A DNA stretch of 64,000 nt from Lama glama (lineage: Eukaryota). Position numbers and translations under genes: made by a program. Shown here piece by piece: positions 37,111-50,527 of this stretch. Position 1 is the first letter of the stretch. Every line of letters starts with the position of its first letter. The stretch is taken from assembly GCA_028534125.1 (NCBI GenBank), contig CM052817.1, positions 35,652,001 through 35,716,000 of the forward strand, given 5' to 3'. The notes beneath the pieces are model-generated. The model was not told where the DNA came from. It did no database searches and saw only the letters and a program-made list of their open reading frames with translations.

Positions 37111-38282
37111 AGACATTATGTTTTTGTAATTGCAAAATTTCTTTTTGTTTCCTCTCAGAAATCTTACCTCCTTTAGAATTTCCCTTTCTTTAGCTCAGTG
37201 TGCTTCTTTAACCTGTTAATTCTGCTTTAGTATCAGCCCTCTATCCTGATAGTGTGTTTGCTCTTCCCCCATTAAGTTATTGAGCCTCTTAAGAAATCTG
37301 GGCCATTTCTTTGCCTCATTATGTCAGGGCACATGGTTACTTCAACACCTGTGAAGAATCCAGAAATGGATTTGCAGGTAATGCAGTTAAAGTAAACGTT
37401 TATTTTCCACTGGAAAGATAAGTAGGCAAACTGAGGTCTCTCTTGAGGTGTGAAGGTGATGTTCAAGTTACTCTGGGTATGAAGGATGAATTATCATGTA
37501 ATCCTATGAAAGAAGATCAGTTTAACTTAACAATGCGATTGCCCCTGTAAAGCTGCCAGCATCTCTAGGATTATTAGGCCTTCCCCAGGAATGACTCTAT
37601 AGAGTAATAATTCTGTTCTGGCTTCAGAAGTGAATTAAGCCACCCATTTGCTAGATGGCCCCTCTGGAATGTTACTAGTCCTTGCCCCAGATTCTGCTGG
37701 AAAGGCAAGTCTCCTCTAACGTGCAGGGACTCCCGTTATCTCTTTAATCGTATAAACAATTTGACCCAACATATATTTCTTCTCTTCAGGATGCTAAGGA
37801 AATTAAACTCAGCTTCAGCTCCACTACTAAACCAGCCTTAAGTCAGCCAAGCAGGGAGCTGAGAAGGAAAAGATCACAGATAAGCATACAGGCTACCATT
37901 CAGCTTGTAGTTTTAAAATAACACCTTTTCTGGTCTCATTAAAGTATTCAAAAAACTTCATCTCCAGCACAACAGTCTTACTACATCTGAAAAAAATGCA
38001 GAAAGTTTCTTCTTTAGTATGGTCCTCAGACAAATCTCAGAATCCAAACCACCTAGGATTGATTGAGGACACAGATCTTCAGAGACATGTGGCACCCAGT
38101 TATGGTAGAACATCCAGGATGCTTGAGAATGGGCTTCCCACACCCCTAGCTCCAGAAGGAGCACTCAGCTATGCCCTGGGTTTTTCTCTATGCTTGGACC
38201 TGGCCAGTAGGCAGACCCTTCACCAGAGTCCTCTGAAACAATGAATTGGGGACTGAAAATGGCAAAGGAGAGTCTTCTCAAG

Positions 38283-38800
38283 GGAAGGGGGAAATTATTT
38301 CTGAATTCTTGACTGAGACTCCTATAATCAAAAGAGATATTAACACAGAGAAAAACAAACAGAAGTTTATTAACATGTGTACCTCAGGTATACATGAAAG
38401 ATACCCAGGGAAAAATGAGGACCTCTCCAAAGTAGCTTGGAACTCCAGCTTAAACACCATCTTCAAATAAAAACAAAAAGAGAGAAGTGTTGGGAGAGGC
38501 CGGTTATGAAGAGTTTACCAGGAAAAGCACCAGTAAATAAGTGTCAGGTTTATTAGGCAGATTTAAGTTGGAGCTTTCTCCATTAATAAGATTCTCTCAT
38601 GATTTAGTCATCCTTCCCTTCCTGATACACAGAGGGAAACACCCTTACAAATGGGGGTTTCCTTTATAAATATAAATTTTCTTTACAAAAAAGGAACTTC
38701 TACTTTTCTCCCCCAGAGCTTATCCTTTGTCTGCTGTTGCTCAAAATAATCCTAATGCCAAAGAGGCGTATCTGAGGGTGGCATATTCTGCTACCTGACA
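38283..38800 (-). mobile_element. ERV1-class solo LTR (MER34/39-like)
   Basis: aaaataatcctaatgccaaagaggcgtatctgagggtggcatattctg terminus. Confidence 0.7.
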
Positions 38801-39387
38801 TATCTTCACTGCACATCAGCACCTGTGTCCCAGAACAGGACCCCGAGGAAGCCTGGGAAGCTGATCTCCACCAGAAAAGACAATGTATTTCTTTTCATTT
38901 GTATGGAAATCTCCACACAAAGTATCTGTGTTCTTTCCCATTAAACAAACATACACACAATTTCCTCTAATGTACTTTTATTTCCTCTAATTGTACATTT
39001 AGATCTTTTCCATTAATCCCAGTCAAATTGTGATGCCCATAATGCAGGGCAAGTTCAGGTTTTGTAGGGCCTGAAACTAGTATAATGAGGGGAGGAATTG
39101 GGCTCTCTAAGAAAATGTTAGAAGACTCAGACCTTTATATTCTAACATTTCTTTAAGGCAATTTACCAGAAATGCTTACATAGAAATTCTTCCTGGTGAC
39201 ACCCTGACTTCCCCTCCCCATCTAGAACATTCTATAACTCTAAACACTCCCAGCACTCAAACATTTAAACTTCGTGTTAAATCCTCCTCTGCAATTTGTG
39301 ATTGCTTCTGGCCCAATTTATCCATGATTCTTCATATTGTAAGCTATTTTCTACCTTGGAGTTTCCCATGGCTAAAAGGTTAATTTT

Positions 39388-39460
39388 TTTTTAACATTTT
39401 TTATTGATTTATAATCATTTTACAATGTCGTGTCAAATTCCAGTGTTCAGCACAATTTTT
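39388..39460 (-). mobile_element. 73-bp L1 3' terminus with perfect 16-bp TSD
   Basis: TSD ctaaaaggttaatttt at 39372-39387 and 39461-39476; the insert resembles the L1 3' ends at 30260-30310 and 45741+. Confidence 0.85.
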
Positions 39461-40544
39461 CTAAAAGGTTAATTTTACAAACTCAAATTATTTTATTTGT
39501 TCTTGATTTTTGGCATTGTTGATGAGTAGCTTATCAATACCCAGTTGACAGAACATAAGAGATTAAACATCCCATGGTATTGTAATTTTTAAGATTTTTT
39601 TGGTGGTGGTTACTCACTGACCCATATGAACAACTTCAGGCTGTCTGTCTTATTCATCTCTGAATATCTAGAACAAAACAACATGCCTGGCATAGACGTT
39701 AAATAATTTTTTGGGATAAGTAGTAAGAAGGATTGATTCCAATATATATTTCTTATTGCTTTACATAATGATAAAATCACAGAGAACTGAAGTGGTAGAA
39801 CAGACACCTGGTTGCGAAGAGCCTGCTGAGATTCCAGTTACAAGAAATAAGGAGTAAACCATAGCAGACTTCCCTTCTGCATTATTACTACATGAAAATT
39901 TAAAATAACTTCTTTCTGTATGTTTCCCTATTATTAAAATCAGCATTTTATAGAAATTTTACTTGCTGGCCTTTGATTTTTCAGCAAACAGAAAACGAAA
40001 TGATGTCTTGTTTGATCTCTCGATTTTAGTCTCTTGTAGCAGTGTTTTCTTAGACTGGGAGGTGCAGCTTCTCATCATACTTGGATTATTGTACTGTCCT
40101 TTTGCTTTTTATATATTAACATCTCTTAGATACTTCCACAATATTAGCAAAATATTATTGAAGTCGGTTTTTGTTTGTGTGTGTGTAGTTGTGTGTTTGT
40201 GTGTGTGTTTTGGTGGGGGATGTGGGAGCTATTCATTCATACCTTGATATTTGCTTTGTAGGCACTTGAGAGAAAATAAAAATGATTTTTCCCCTCCCTT
40301 TTTGCAAGAGCCAGTCCTCTTTGTTCTAAGCAGTATATCAAAGAAAATGCTCATGATGGCTAGACAGGCAGTGTAACTGAACAGTGTGGAAGAGGTGTCT
40401 TGAGTAGTGAAATGGCACGTTCTTTCTAAACAGGATGTCTGCTTTTCAGTTCCAGCTCTGCAGGAATCTAGCCCAGTTTCCACATTCCACATCTTCCAGT
40501 TTTCCATGATGGGCCAGAAATAGCTTTGGGTTTGTTTTTGTTTT

Positions 40545-41275
40545 ATAATTTCAACTTTATCGAGATATAATTGTCATTTAAAATTAGAAGATATTTAAAG
40601 TGTACACCATGGTAATTTGATACATGCACACACTGTGACAGGATTCCCCCAACTAGTTAATTAACACGTCCATCACCTCACATATCCTCACATAGTTATC
40701 TTTTTTTTTTTTTTGATGAGAACATTTAAGTTCTACCCTCCTAGCAAGTTTCAGTGATAGAACACAGTGTTATCAACTATAGTCACTATTCTTTTCATTA
40801 GATCCTCAGACCTCATCTTATAGCTGGAAGTTTGTCCCTTTTTACCAAATTACTCTATTTCCCCTATCCCGCCAACCCCTTTTCTACACTTCTACTCACT
40901 ATTTCTATGAGTTTGACTTTTTTTTTCAGACTCCACATGACTGTGATACCACGCAGTATTTGTATATCTCTGTCTGGCTTATTTCACTTAGCATAATGCC
41001 CTCAAGGAGGTCCATCCATGTGGTCATGAATGGCAGGATTTCCTTCTTTCTCATGGCTGAGTAATATGCCATCGTGTGTGATAGATACAGATGTAGATCG
41101 ATATAGATCACATCTTCTTTATCCACTTGTGCATTGATGGACACTTAGGGTGTCTCTATATCTTGGTTATTGTGAATAATGCTGCAATTGAACATCATAG
41201 TGCAGATATCTCTTTGTTATCTTATTTTCATTTTCTTTGAATATATACTCGGAAATGGGATTACTGGATCATGGA
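40545..41275 (-). mobile_element. L1MA-like 3' fragment
   Basis: The ORF track gives the L1 ORF2 C-terminus (YYSAMRKKEILPFMTTWMDL). Confidence 0.9.
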
Positions 41276-42329
41276 GATTGCTGGATTATATATTTTTTTC
41301 TTTAGTATTGGTAAGTAATTCAATTTACAACAACACTCCCCCCTCACTGGAAAACAAAAACAAACAAAAAACCCTGCAAACCAAACAAAACACATTAGTG
41401 GACTTAGTCTGTCCACAGCAGCCAGTTTGTGACATCCAGTTTAATGACTGTAATTATCTTAATTCTAGGGGAAACTAAATCTTCATTTTAAAAAAATTTT
41501 CCTGAAAAAAATGTTAAGAAACATTGGCTATTCTTTAAGAGTTCAGAGGCTTATGAAGAATAGAATGGAACTGTATCATGATGCAAGGGTACAAAAATTG
41601 GAATTTGAAGGATTTAGAGAAGAAAGTGGCACAAACCCAGACATGCATTGTTCCTCCAGATGGAGAGACACAGGGGAGGCAAGTTTCCAAATGGCAGAGC
41701 CTAAAGCCCTTCCATTGGCCTTAGAACCATATTATTTTCAGGAGCTAACTGAGCTGATTGTATGGATAGATCAGACCACAATTGTTTCAGTGGGGACCAA
41801 TCTGGGCTTCAGTCTAGAGACCAGTTTCTAATTTTCTCAATACAAAAGTGTCAGGAACTTCTAACTATCCTCTATGTTCCCTCTATTCCCATGGTGATAG
41901 AATCTTTAGTGAGGAACATGGTCACCCTATCAGTATCTGTCACTACTAAGTTCATGCGCAGCTAGATATGGCCCTGTGACCACCTTCTGGCCATTGAGGA
42001 AGAAATAATGTGTACAATCTTAAGGTCAGACCCATAAAAGGAGGTGTCCAGATCGCTCCTCTTATTTTCCTTCAGCTGGAATGGGGGCATTACACCATTT
42101 TAGATCAAGAATTGAAAACCTTGAGTCAAAAAAAGCAAATCAGCAATGCAGAAGGCAATCCTACCAAATCTTGGTCATCTACCCAGAATTTTATGTGAGA
42201 AAGAAACGTTTTTAATGTGTGTAAGGCACTGAATTTATAGGTCTTTTACTACTTTAGCCTAACATTTACCCTATTGAATTCAAGAGGCCCTGGGGCTTTT
42301 ATAAGTACTTGAGGGTAACTTATCCCCCA

Positions 42330-42410
42330 CAAAAAAGAGAACGAAAGAGAGAAAGAAAGGGAAGAAGAAAAGAAGGGAGGAAAGAAGGAAGGAAGGAAGG
42401 AAGGAAGAAA
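42330..42410. repeat. GA-rich/(GGAA)n simple repeat
   Basis: Read directly from the sequence. Confidence 0.9.
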
Positions 42411-43899
42411 GGCCTGTGCCTGAGTAATTCCAAAGGCCAGAAAGATAGAGCCAGTATTAGATTTAATTTTATTTAGAAAAATATATCTACATGTCCAAAT
42501 ATTATGGAACAATTTGTGTCGATTACATGTTTCTGCCACCGAAAGAAGAATAAAACAGAGTATCTTGTGTAGGCATTCTAGTCTTGAAGTATTTTCTTTG
42601 ACATCCACCATGGCTGAGGTCTGGGTGCTTGAAAATGTTGCCCATGAAGACAAGGGAAGTTTTCCCATAATGGATCTATTCCTCTATACAAAGAAAGCAT
42701 CCCATATGTATATTTTTAGGCATGTTTGGATGACTAGTATTAACTGTGATTTGTGCTTTGATTATTTTGGACGGTGGCCTGAAATTTTTCTGACAACAAA
42801 CCTTTCAAAGAAAACAATTTACTATTTCTCAACAGTGAATTTAGGCACATGGATTTTTTTTTCTACCCATTTCATCATACTTAATAGTTTTTTACTCTTC
42901 TTTTCAAAACAATACTCAGAAACTATCTTATTAAATAGATTGAGGGAATACAAACATGAGAACAGGCAGAAACCTAATCCAGTATAAGAACCCGGTGTGA
43001 TATTAGAGATCATCTATATTTATGACAATCTCAGCCTATTACTCGATGTATCATTTACGATGATGAGCTTCAAAGGTACAGTGAAACCCAATATAACATT
43101 AGAATGAACAGCAACAATCCCTTTTAGACATTACAGAACCCTTAACAGAGCCAAAAATATTGCAGGGAGTTTTGTTGTTCTTGTTCTAAAGCCTCGGGAA
43201 CATTTCCCTTTATGGAAAAATTAAATCCAGGGTCTATTTCCTTCTTTAAGAGATCTGCTCGCCTGTATAAAGATACGTTAAAAAATCAGGCAGTTCTTCT
43301 CTTTCAACAAATACATAAATGAACGCTCAAAGCCTATGCTGGGAGTGATTAAATATAATAAGTGATCTATGTCAAAACATTTTCCATAGCTGACAGTGTG
43401 TCCTGCGTTCCTTGAACTTCAGCCCCTGTGGTCTGGGACAGTCTCCCATAACAAGCTTCTTCCCCAGGAAGCCCTCATTAGCATCTGTGGAATAAATGAA
43501 TGAGTGAAGAGAGGACTAAATTAACACCAGACAAAATTTCCATCAAGTTAAAATATTAACTACCTACATGGAGCAACTGGCCTTGTTTGATTTACTTTGT
43601 TTACCTATATTCTTATTAAAATTCCTCTTCAAAATTTGGAGACTATTTGTAAATTTGCCAGGAAAAGTGTAAGATATTACCACATCAGAGTCTAGAGAGA
43701 TGCATAACTGGACATAATTGGGCATTCCTTAGACTGGGAAATACATGAAAGGCTGAGGTATATTTTGAGAGAGAAAAGCATGGAATATATTATGTGCATA
43801 ATACATAACTAGGCATTTCCTGAACTGGGAAATACCTAGGAAGCTGGAATATATTACAGAATATGGCCCTGGAGGGATACAGTTGGGGACAATATAAAC

Positions 43900-44220
43900 C
43901 AATACCATCCGATAGAAATATGATGCAAGCCACAAATGCAAACTACATACATCATTTTAAATTTTCTAGTAGCCACACTAAAAATGTAAAGAGAAACAAG
44001 TACATTAATTTTAATGAGATATTGATTTAGCTGAACATATCCAAATTATTACACTTCAGAATGTAAGCAGTAACAAAATTATTAATGAGATATTTTATAT
44101 TTTTTGCAAACTAAACCTTCAAAATCTGGTGTGTATTTTACACTTAATTACATGTCAGTTTGGACTAGGCACACCTGAAGTGCTCAACAGACCCGTGAGG
44201 CCAGCAGTTACCCTACTGAG
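43900..44220 (+). mobile_element. MER33-like hAT-Charlie
   Basis: atagaaatatgatgcaagccaca...ttttctagtagccacac...gaagtgctcaacag. Confidence 0.75.
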
Positions 44221-45240
44221 CCAGATAGAGGATTTGTTACTTTTCCTTTTATTCTGAGTTGTCTCCTTTTCAGAGAATGGAGGAGAAATATAACCCTCAT
44301 ATTTGTGTTTTTGTTTTGTTAAAAGTACTGTTAATATCTAAAATATTAGACACAGCACTTGTAAGTCGAATAGAAGCTATTTGAAAGTTTTGCATATGTT
44401 AATGCTGCACGACTCTTAAAAAACCCAAAGGAGGCAGACTACATTGAATTCATAAAATGCAGATTTATAAACTGTGATTAAAATTTGCAGAACTGCCTCA
44501 TGCTTAATCCCATACTTCTTGATTTCATTAGCTGAAATTATGTTCTGATCTTGACTTCTGAATCTATGACCCTGGGCTTTCTGCCTTGTCATACAGGAGA
44601 ATGAATATGGTTTTGAAACCAAATACTAGGCTTATATTTGAATGATGTGTCTGTCTCATCTTCTGTAAACTGGAGCTAGTAAAACTTAAGCTGAGAGTTT
44701 TTTCATATCAGATGGGATGATATAGGTAAATTGCTTCTTTTCTTTCCCTAATCCACTGCAATTTGTTCTCATTGCCTTTCATTTGCTTGCCTTGAATTAA
44801 CTATCATCCTGTCACCAGCCATTAATTTCCTGCACATGCATTAAAACCCTTTCAGACTATGCCCAGTGCTGAATGAAGGGTGTCTCTGGTTGCCAGCAGA
44901 CTCAGCCCTAGACTGTGCCACCACCACACCCCTCATCACCCAAGGTTATTTCCTCTCACTCACTAGGACAACGGACAAGAAAAGAACTACATGTTAAGAG
45001 GCAATTATCCAGTTTCTACTTCAGCTACATCTTTCCCTTATTTTCCTCATTCCTGCTGCTTGTTCTTCACCATTATTTCACTTCCCATTAGCACCTACTG
45101 CACTGAGGAGCAAAGAATGAAAAGTAGTGAACATGACGCAGTCTATTTTAGGTATTAACAAGATCACTTTAAAACACTATATAATAAAGGGTGCTCTAAC
45201 TGTCGAGAAAAATAACTGCAATAGAGCAATGGAGCAGAAA

Positions 45241-45740
45241 NNNNNNNNNNNNNNNNNNNNNNNNNNNNNNNNNNNNNNNNNNNNNNNNNNNNNNNNNNNN
45301 NNNNNNNNNNNNNNNNNNNNNNNNNNNNNNNNNNNNNNNNNNNNNNNNNNNNNNNNNNNNNNNNNNNNNNNNNNNNNNNNNNNNNNNNNNNNNNNNNNNN
45401 NNNNNNNNNNNNNNNNNNNNNNNNNNNNNNNNNNNNNNNNNNNNNNNNNNNNNNNNNNNNNNNNNNNNNNNNNNNNNNNNNNNNNNNNNNNNNNNNNNNN
45501 NNNNNNNNNNNNNNNNNNNNNNNNNNNNNNNNNNNNNNNNNNNNNNNNNNNNNNNNNNNNNNNNNNNNNNNNNNNNNNNNNNNNNNNNNNNNNNNNNNNN
45601 NNNNNNNNNNNNNNNNNNNNNNNNNNNNNNNNNNNNNNNNNNNNNNNNNNNNNNNNNNNNNNNNNNNNNNNNNNNNNNNNNNNNNNNNNNNNNNNNNNNN
45701 NNNNNNNNNNNNNNNNNNNNNNNNNNNNNNNNNNNNNNNN
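45241..45740. other. assembly gap (500 N)
   Basis: Exactly 500 N, abutting the poly-T of an L1. Confidence 1.
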
Positions 45741-46430
45741 TTTTTTTTTGTAATTGAAGTATAGTCAGTTATAATGTGTCAATTTCTGGTGTACAGTATA
45801 ATGTCCCAGTCACACATCTACATACATATATTTGTTTTCATATTCTTTTTCATTAAAGGTTATTACAAGATATTGAACATAGTTTCCTGTGCTATACAGA
45901 AGAAATTTGTTTTTATCTATTTTTATATATAGTAGTTAATATTTGTAAATCTCAAGCTCCCAAATTTATCCCTTCCCACCCACTTTCCCCCAGTAATCAT
46001 AAGATTGTTTACTACGTCTGTGATTCTGTTTCTGTTTTGTAGACGAGTTCATTAGTGTTTCTTTTTTCTTTTTTTAGATTCCACATATGAGTGATATATG
46101 GTATTTTTCTTTCTCTTTCTGACTTACTTCACTTAAAACGACAATCTCCAGGTCCATCCATGTTGTGGCAAATGGCATTATTTTATTCTTTTTTATGGCT
46201 GAGTAGTATTCCATTGTATAAAAATACCACAGCTTCTTTACCCAGTCATCTGTTGATGGACATTTAAGTTGTTTCCATGTCTTGGCTATTATATATAGTG
46301 CTACTATGAACATTGGGGTGCATGTATCTTTTTGAATTAGAGTTCCCCCTGGCTATATGCCCAGGAGTGGGATTGCTGGATCATATGGTAAGTCTATTTT
46401 TAGTTTTTTGAGGAATCTCCATACTGTGCT
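45741..46430 (-). mobile_element. relatively young L1 3' fragment
   Basis: Near-intact ORF2 C-terminus (MFIVALYIIAKTWKQLKCPSTDDWVKKLWY...), 3'UTR and poly-T. Confidence 0.95.
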
Positions 46431-48767
46431 ATTTTCAATTAAGCATAGTAATATAATTCTGTGGTTTAAAAGTACCATGTAGAATTCCAAATATTTCTAG
46501 AATCTCAGAATAGGGTAGGTCTAACATATTCCAGGGAAAGTAATAAGGTGGATATTATCATTGATAATAAATAATTGAAAAAAAAAAAAGTTCCAGCCTG
46601 TTATTTATTTAAGCATTTACTGAATATTGGAAGACCAAAGAGGGCCTACCCTAGAAGAGCTTGGAGTCATAAGGAATAATTCAGAGGCAATAACACTAAG
46701 TTTAAAACAGACAGCAAAACTTGGCATCAAATATAATTTCTAGATTAATTTTTTTCTAGCCCACACTAAACTTAGATTGAGAAACCCTTATTTCTAGTAC
46801 TAACTCTGCCAATCGCTTGCTGTATAATCTAAACAGCATCTCGGAACCCACTTTCCTACTTTACACATATAGGGAGAGTACACTGTGCTCTCAGTTTTTG
46901 TCAGCGTTAACATTCTGAAATTCCAATTCTATTTTCTAAAATGGTGTTTTATGGTTTACATTTTAAAATTAAATATAAATATCTGATACAACATAAAATT
47001 TCAGGATCAGGGTGGGAGACCCAAATTTACTAGGGAAATTAGAAATGATAAACATCAAAATCTTCAAATTTCTTGGAAGCTAAAGCAAATAGAAAAAGAA
47101 AATAGTCTGATGAGGCAGCTTCTCCTTTACATGGGAAAACTCAAAGAAGCACTTTATATGAGATAATATTATTTATGAAGTCATCATGCTCAATGACTTC
47201 AACACCAGCACTGTAGAAAATGCAATTACTCCTTCATAATATCATGCTGGTGTGAAATCTCCATGTAAGTTCAGAGAAACTAATCTGTCTGGCTCTCAAA
47301 TTACCAGCCCAGAAATAGAGATTGTGCCTTGGGTTTTCACAATCAGCAGAATAAGGAAAATAATTTGTCTACCAGTGATTGACATATGAAGAAACGACTC
47401 TTGCCAAATTTTCACTTCTCAATTTTTTTTCTCTAAGAAACTTTTTTGAGTTAATTTAACTTTTAAAAGAATCAAAAAAAATTGTATCTACATTTTAAGT
47501 TATGATTTGATATAACTTTTAATGAGTTCAGTTTTTCTGGAAATATATGGCATTGGGTGACAGATTGGCCATATTCTAGTTCCCTCCTGCTCTATTAAAA
47601 GCCATGGAAGAAATAATAGAGAAGCTACTTATCCATTGAGAACAGAGGGTTTCCTGGTTACCAAGGCTGTCCTCTCTGAGAATAATATTAACCCTTGCAC
47701 TAAAAAAGAGCTTGATTTCAGCTCAGTCTGTATAAAAATGTGCCCTTTCTGACAAAAGACTCTGAATCAAGGTAAGTCCAAGAGGGAAAGTAACAATACA
47801 ATACTGATTTGCAGCATATGATACTGGCAAGGCTCCTGATAGAAACTTCTCCTCTGTATTTTTGGCTTCATGTTTATGCTAATCTTATAATCAATATGAA
47901 AAACAGTATGGGACAAAACTTAAACTTAGTGTTTGTGAATCTTTTCAGCTGAAAAGATTTTCTACTCCTATTCTTAACAGAGAGAACCCAAGAGTTGGGA
48001 AAAGGCCAAATTTCAGGTGTAACTGAATGGCTGATGAGGAGTTTTGGTTGCAGGCTGGAAATTAAAATGAAAAATGCTTCCCACACTTCTTAAAGTTCTG
48101 TCACTCCAAAATGCATTGATATCTTAAATTATGTCTTCTTACTGGATTATTAAAAAATTTTAGTCATGTACATGCCTAGCCAGGTAACTCATCTCCGGAT
48201 GTCTTATTTTCCCATATTGACAGGAAAAGGATCACACTGTATCTCAGATGTTTTATTTCAATATTATGCAGCAAAGAGATGAAAAAATGCCCAACTACTT
48301 CCTTTTTATCGTATTCCTATTTAGCAGCCCTCCTCGACTATTCTACCCCATCAAAGCTCCCAGGCCACAGATTCTACAGCTTTTTCACTATTACCCTCCC
48401 TCCTGTGCTCCCTTCCCTCTTTAGCTGGAACTTAAGAGTTCATGGTCCACCATGAAAATAATTTATTGCCAAATGCTATTTCTCTCTTTTCTCTCTGTAT
48501 CATCCTACTTTGGCAAAATCCCAGTTTTAATTAAAATCAACTAAGACATTAAGTCTCAACCTGCAACCAAACAGGAGAAAACACATACTTACCGAGTTTG
48601 AATGTACTGTATGGCCACAAAATCCCAAGGGGCATGCAGTACTGCTCAGAAATTCTGTTTATCATATGACTCTTCAAAATGGCTATTTCGTGCCCCGCAA
48701 AAGATGTTGAAGTCCTAATCCCATACTGCGAATATGATCTTATTTATAGATGATCAAGATGATCAAG

Positions 48768-48902
48768 TTTTTTTTAATTTGGGGGGGTTATTAGGTTTAT
48801 TTATTTATTTGTTTATTTATTTATTAGTGGAGGCACTGGGGATTGAACCCAGGACCTCGTACGTGCTAAGCATGCACTCTACCACTGAGCTATACCTTCA
48901 CC
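48768..48902 (-). mobile_element. Vic-1-type SINE
   Basis: ggcactggggattgaacccaggacctcgtacgtgctaagcatgcactctaccactgagctatacc. Confidence 0.9.
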
Positions 48903-49921
48903 TCAGGACTGAGTTTTTTAAAGACCACTCAATGTGGTGTGTCAAATGGGTTGGAGACAGAGACAGATGGTTAAGAAGGACCATAGGGAGGACAGTTAGG
49001 GGGCGACAGATGAGAGCTGACTATGACTGGGACTGGAGCGATAGTTGAGGAAACGGGAGAATGACTTTGAAAGTAGACAGACTAGACTTGGTGGCAAATT
49101 ATATTTAGAAAAAAAGAAGATGGAGGGATCAAGAGTGACTTCAAAGATTCTGATTTAAAACTGTGGGTGGAGGACTATTGGTGAGAGCTAGGAACAAGAG
49201 GAGCCACAGCCTACAGGGAGGAAATGAAGAGTTTGGTGTGGAACAGGCTAACTGAGCAACTTCAGGCGGACTTGAGAAGGAGACAGCTGGAGGGCAGGGA
49301 CAGAGACTCTGAAAAGACTTCTGCTGTGATCATGCTGATGTCTCTGCTGCCCCACATAGTCTCCCAGAGCCCTAGCTGCCCCAAATGAGGAAATCTGGTC
49401 AGCCAAAGGAAACTCGATATTTAATTTAATCAGATCACATACACTGTACTACATTTGACTTGGCAACTCCAAGATGAATGGCTGCCAAGTCAAATTTTGA
49501 GCCAGATAATGAGCTGTATTTATTGCAACCACATCTGCTTCCTGCTCTGCTGTAAGCAGAAAAGCTACCACCAGGTAGAACAACAGACAATATCAAGTAT
49601 GGGAAGCAGCGGGTATTGGTTGCTGCAACAGTGAGGACTCTGAGATGGGGAAACTATATTAAAAACCAAAAAAGTCAGAGAGGACTAAGATGTAAGGTAA
49701 GAACGCACTTCGACGTGTTTGGAGGGGTATCAGTGAGTCGGCTTTAAGAATGCCAGGGTCAAGGCAATCAGGAATAGCGCCATCCAGTGCATTCAGAGCG
49801 CCCCATGGAGCCGGGCTCCCCTGCCTTATGTTCATACCCAGGGGCACCTGTACTAGTCTCCTCACGGCAAAATGCGTCTCTTTTTCAGTGGGACGTTAAG
49901 TATTTGGACAACTGATCAAAA

Positions 49922-49940
49922 AGGAGGCCACCTAGTGGTT
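49922..49940 (-). promoter_or_regulatory. CTCF-like motif
   Basis: The minus strand reads aaCCACTAGGTGGCctcc, close to the CTCF core CCASYAGRKGGC. Confidence 0.5.
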
Positions 49941-50407
49941 TTGAATTTGACTTACAGCTGAGTAGCAACATTCAATAGATTCTACTGAACTCTTGCCATG
50001 TCCCTGTATTTGTCATCCCCATTTTACACATAAATAAATAGAGGCGCAGAGCAGTTGAGAAATGTGGCCAAGGTTATACATCTGGTGAATAGCAGAGGTA
50101 GAATTTAATCCAAGCTGATCGAATTTTCATACTGCAATGTTACTAATGAGAATGTGTCTCAAATAAATTTGGGTAGGAAATTGAAGAATAAGTAGATCAT
50201 TAATCAATCAATTGCCTGTGATTTTTCATTTCAGAAGCCATTTACAGAACTTAGCTTTAATATTAATCATTCCTACCCTTCCACTCAATGAAAATACACC
50301 ACAAATATTATTAAAAATTTCAGAAAGACCAAATACATGAAAAAAATTCTGCCCAGCCCGCAAAATACAAGGGTCAAGGGAATATATAAATAGAAAATGT
50401 ACTTTAA

Positions 50408-50527
50408 TTTTCTTTTGGGGGGGTAGTTAGGTTTATTTGTTAATTTAAACAGAGGTACTGGGGATTGAACCCAGGACCTCATGCATGCTAAGCACACACT
50501 CTACCACTCAGCTATATCCTTCCCCCC
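50408..50527 (-). mobile_element. Vic-1-type SINE
   Basis: Perfect 15-bp TSD gaaaatgtactttaa (50393-50407 and 50530-50544). Confidence 0.92.

Noticed and set aside
42249..42987. 139-aa and 157-aa ORFs
   Set aside because: No domain similarity or exon structure; partly simple repeat.
47731..47777. TATAAAA followed by a strong AAG|GTAAGT donor
   Set aside because: The implied first exon would be only ~12 nt and no downstream exon is evident.
48826..48902. tRNA-Ala(AGC)-like sequence (likewise the other SINE heads)
   Set aside because: It has the SINE tail and is one of several dispersed copies, most with TSDs, so it is a retroposon rather than a tRNA gene.
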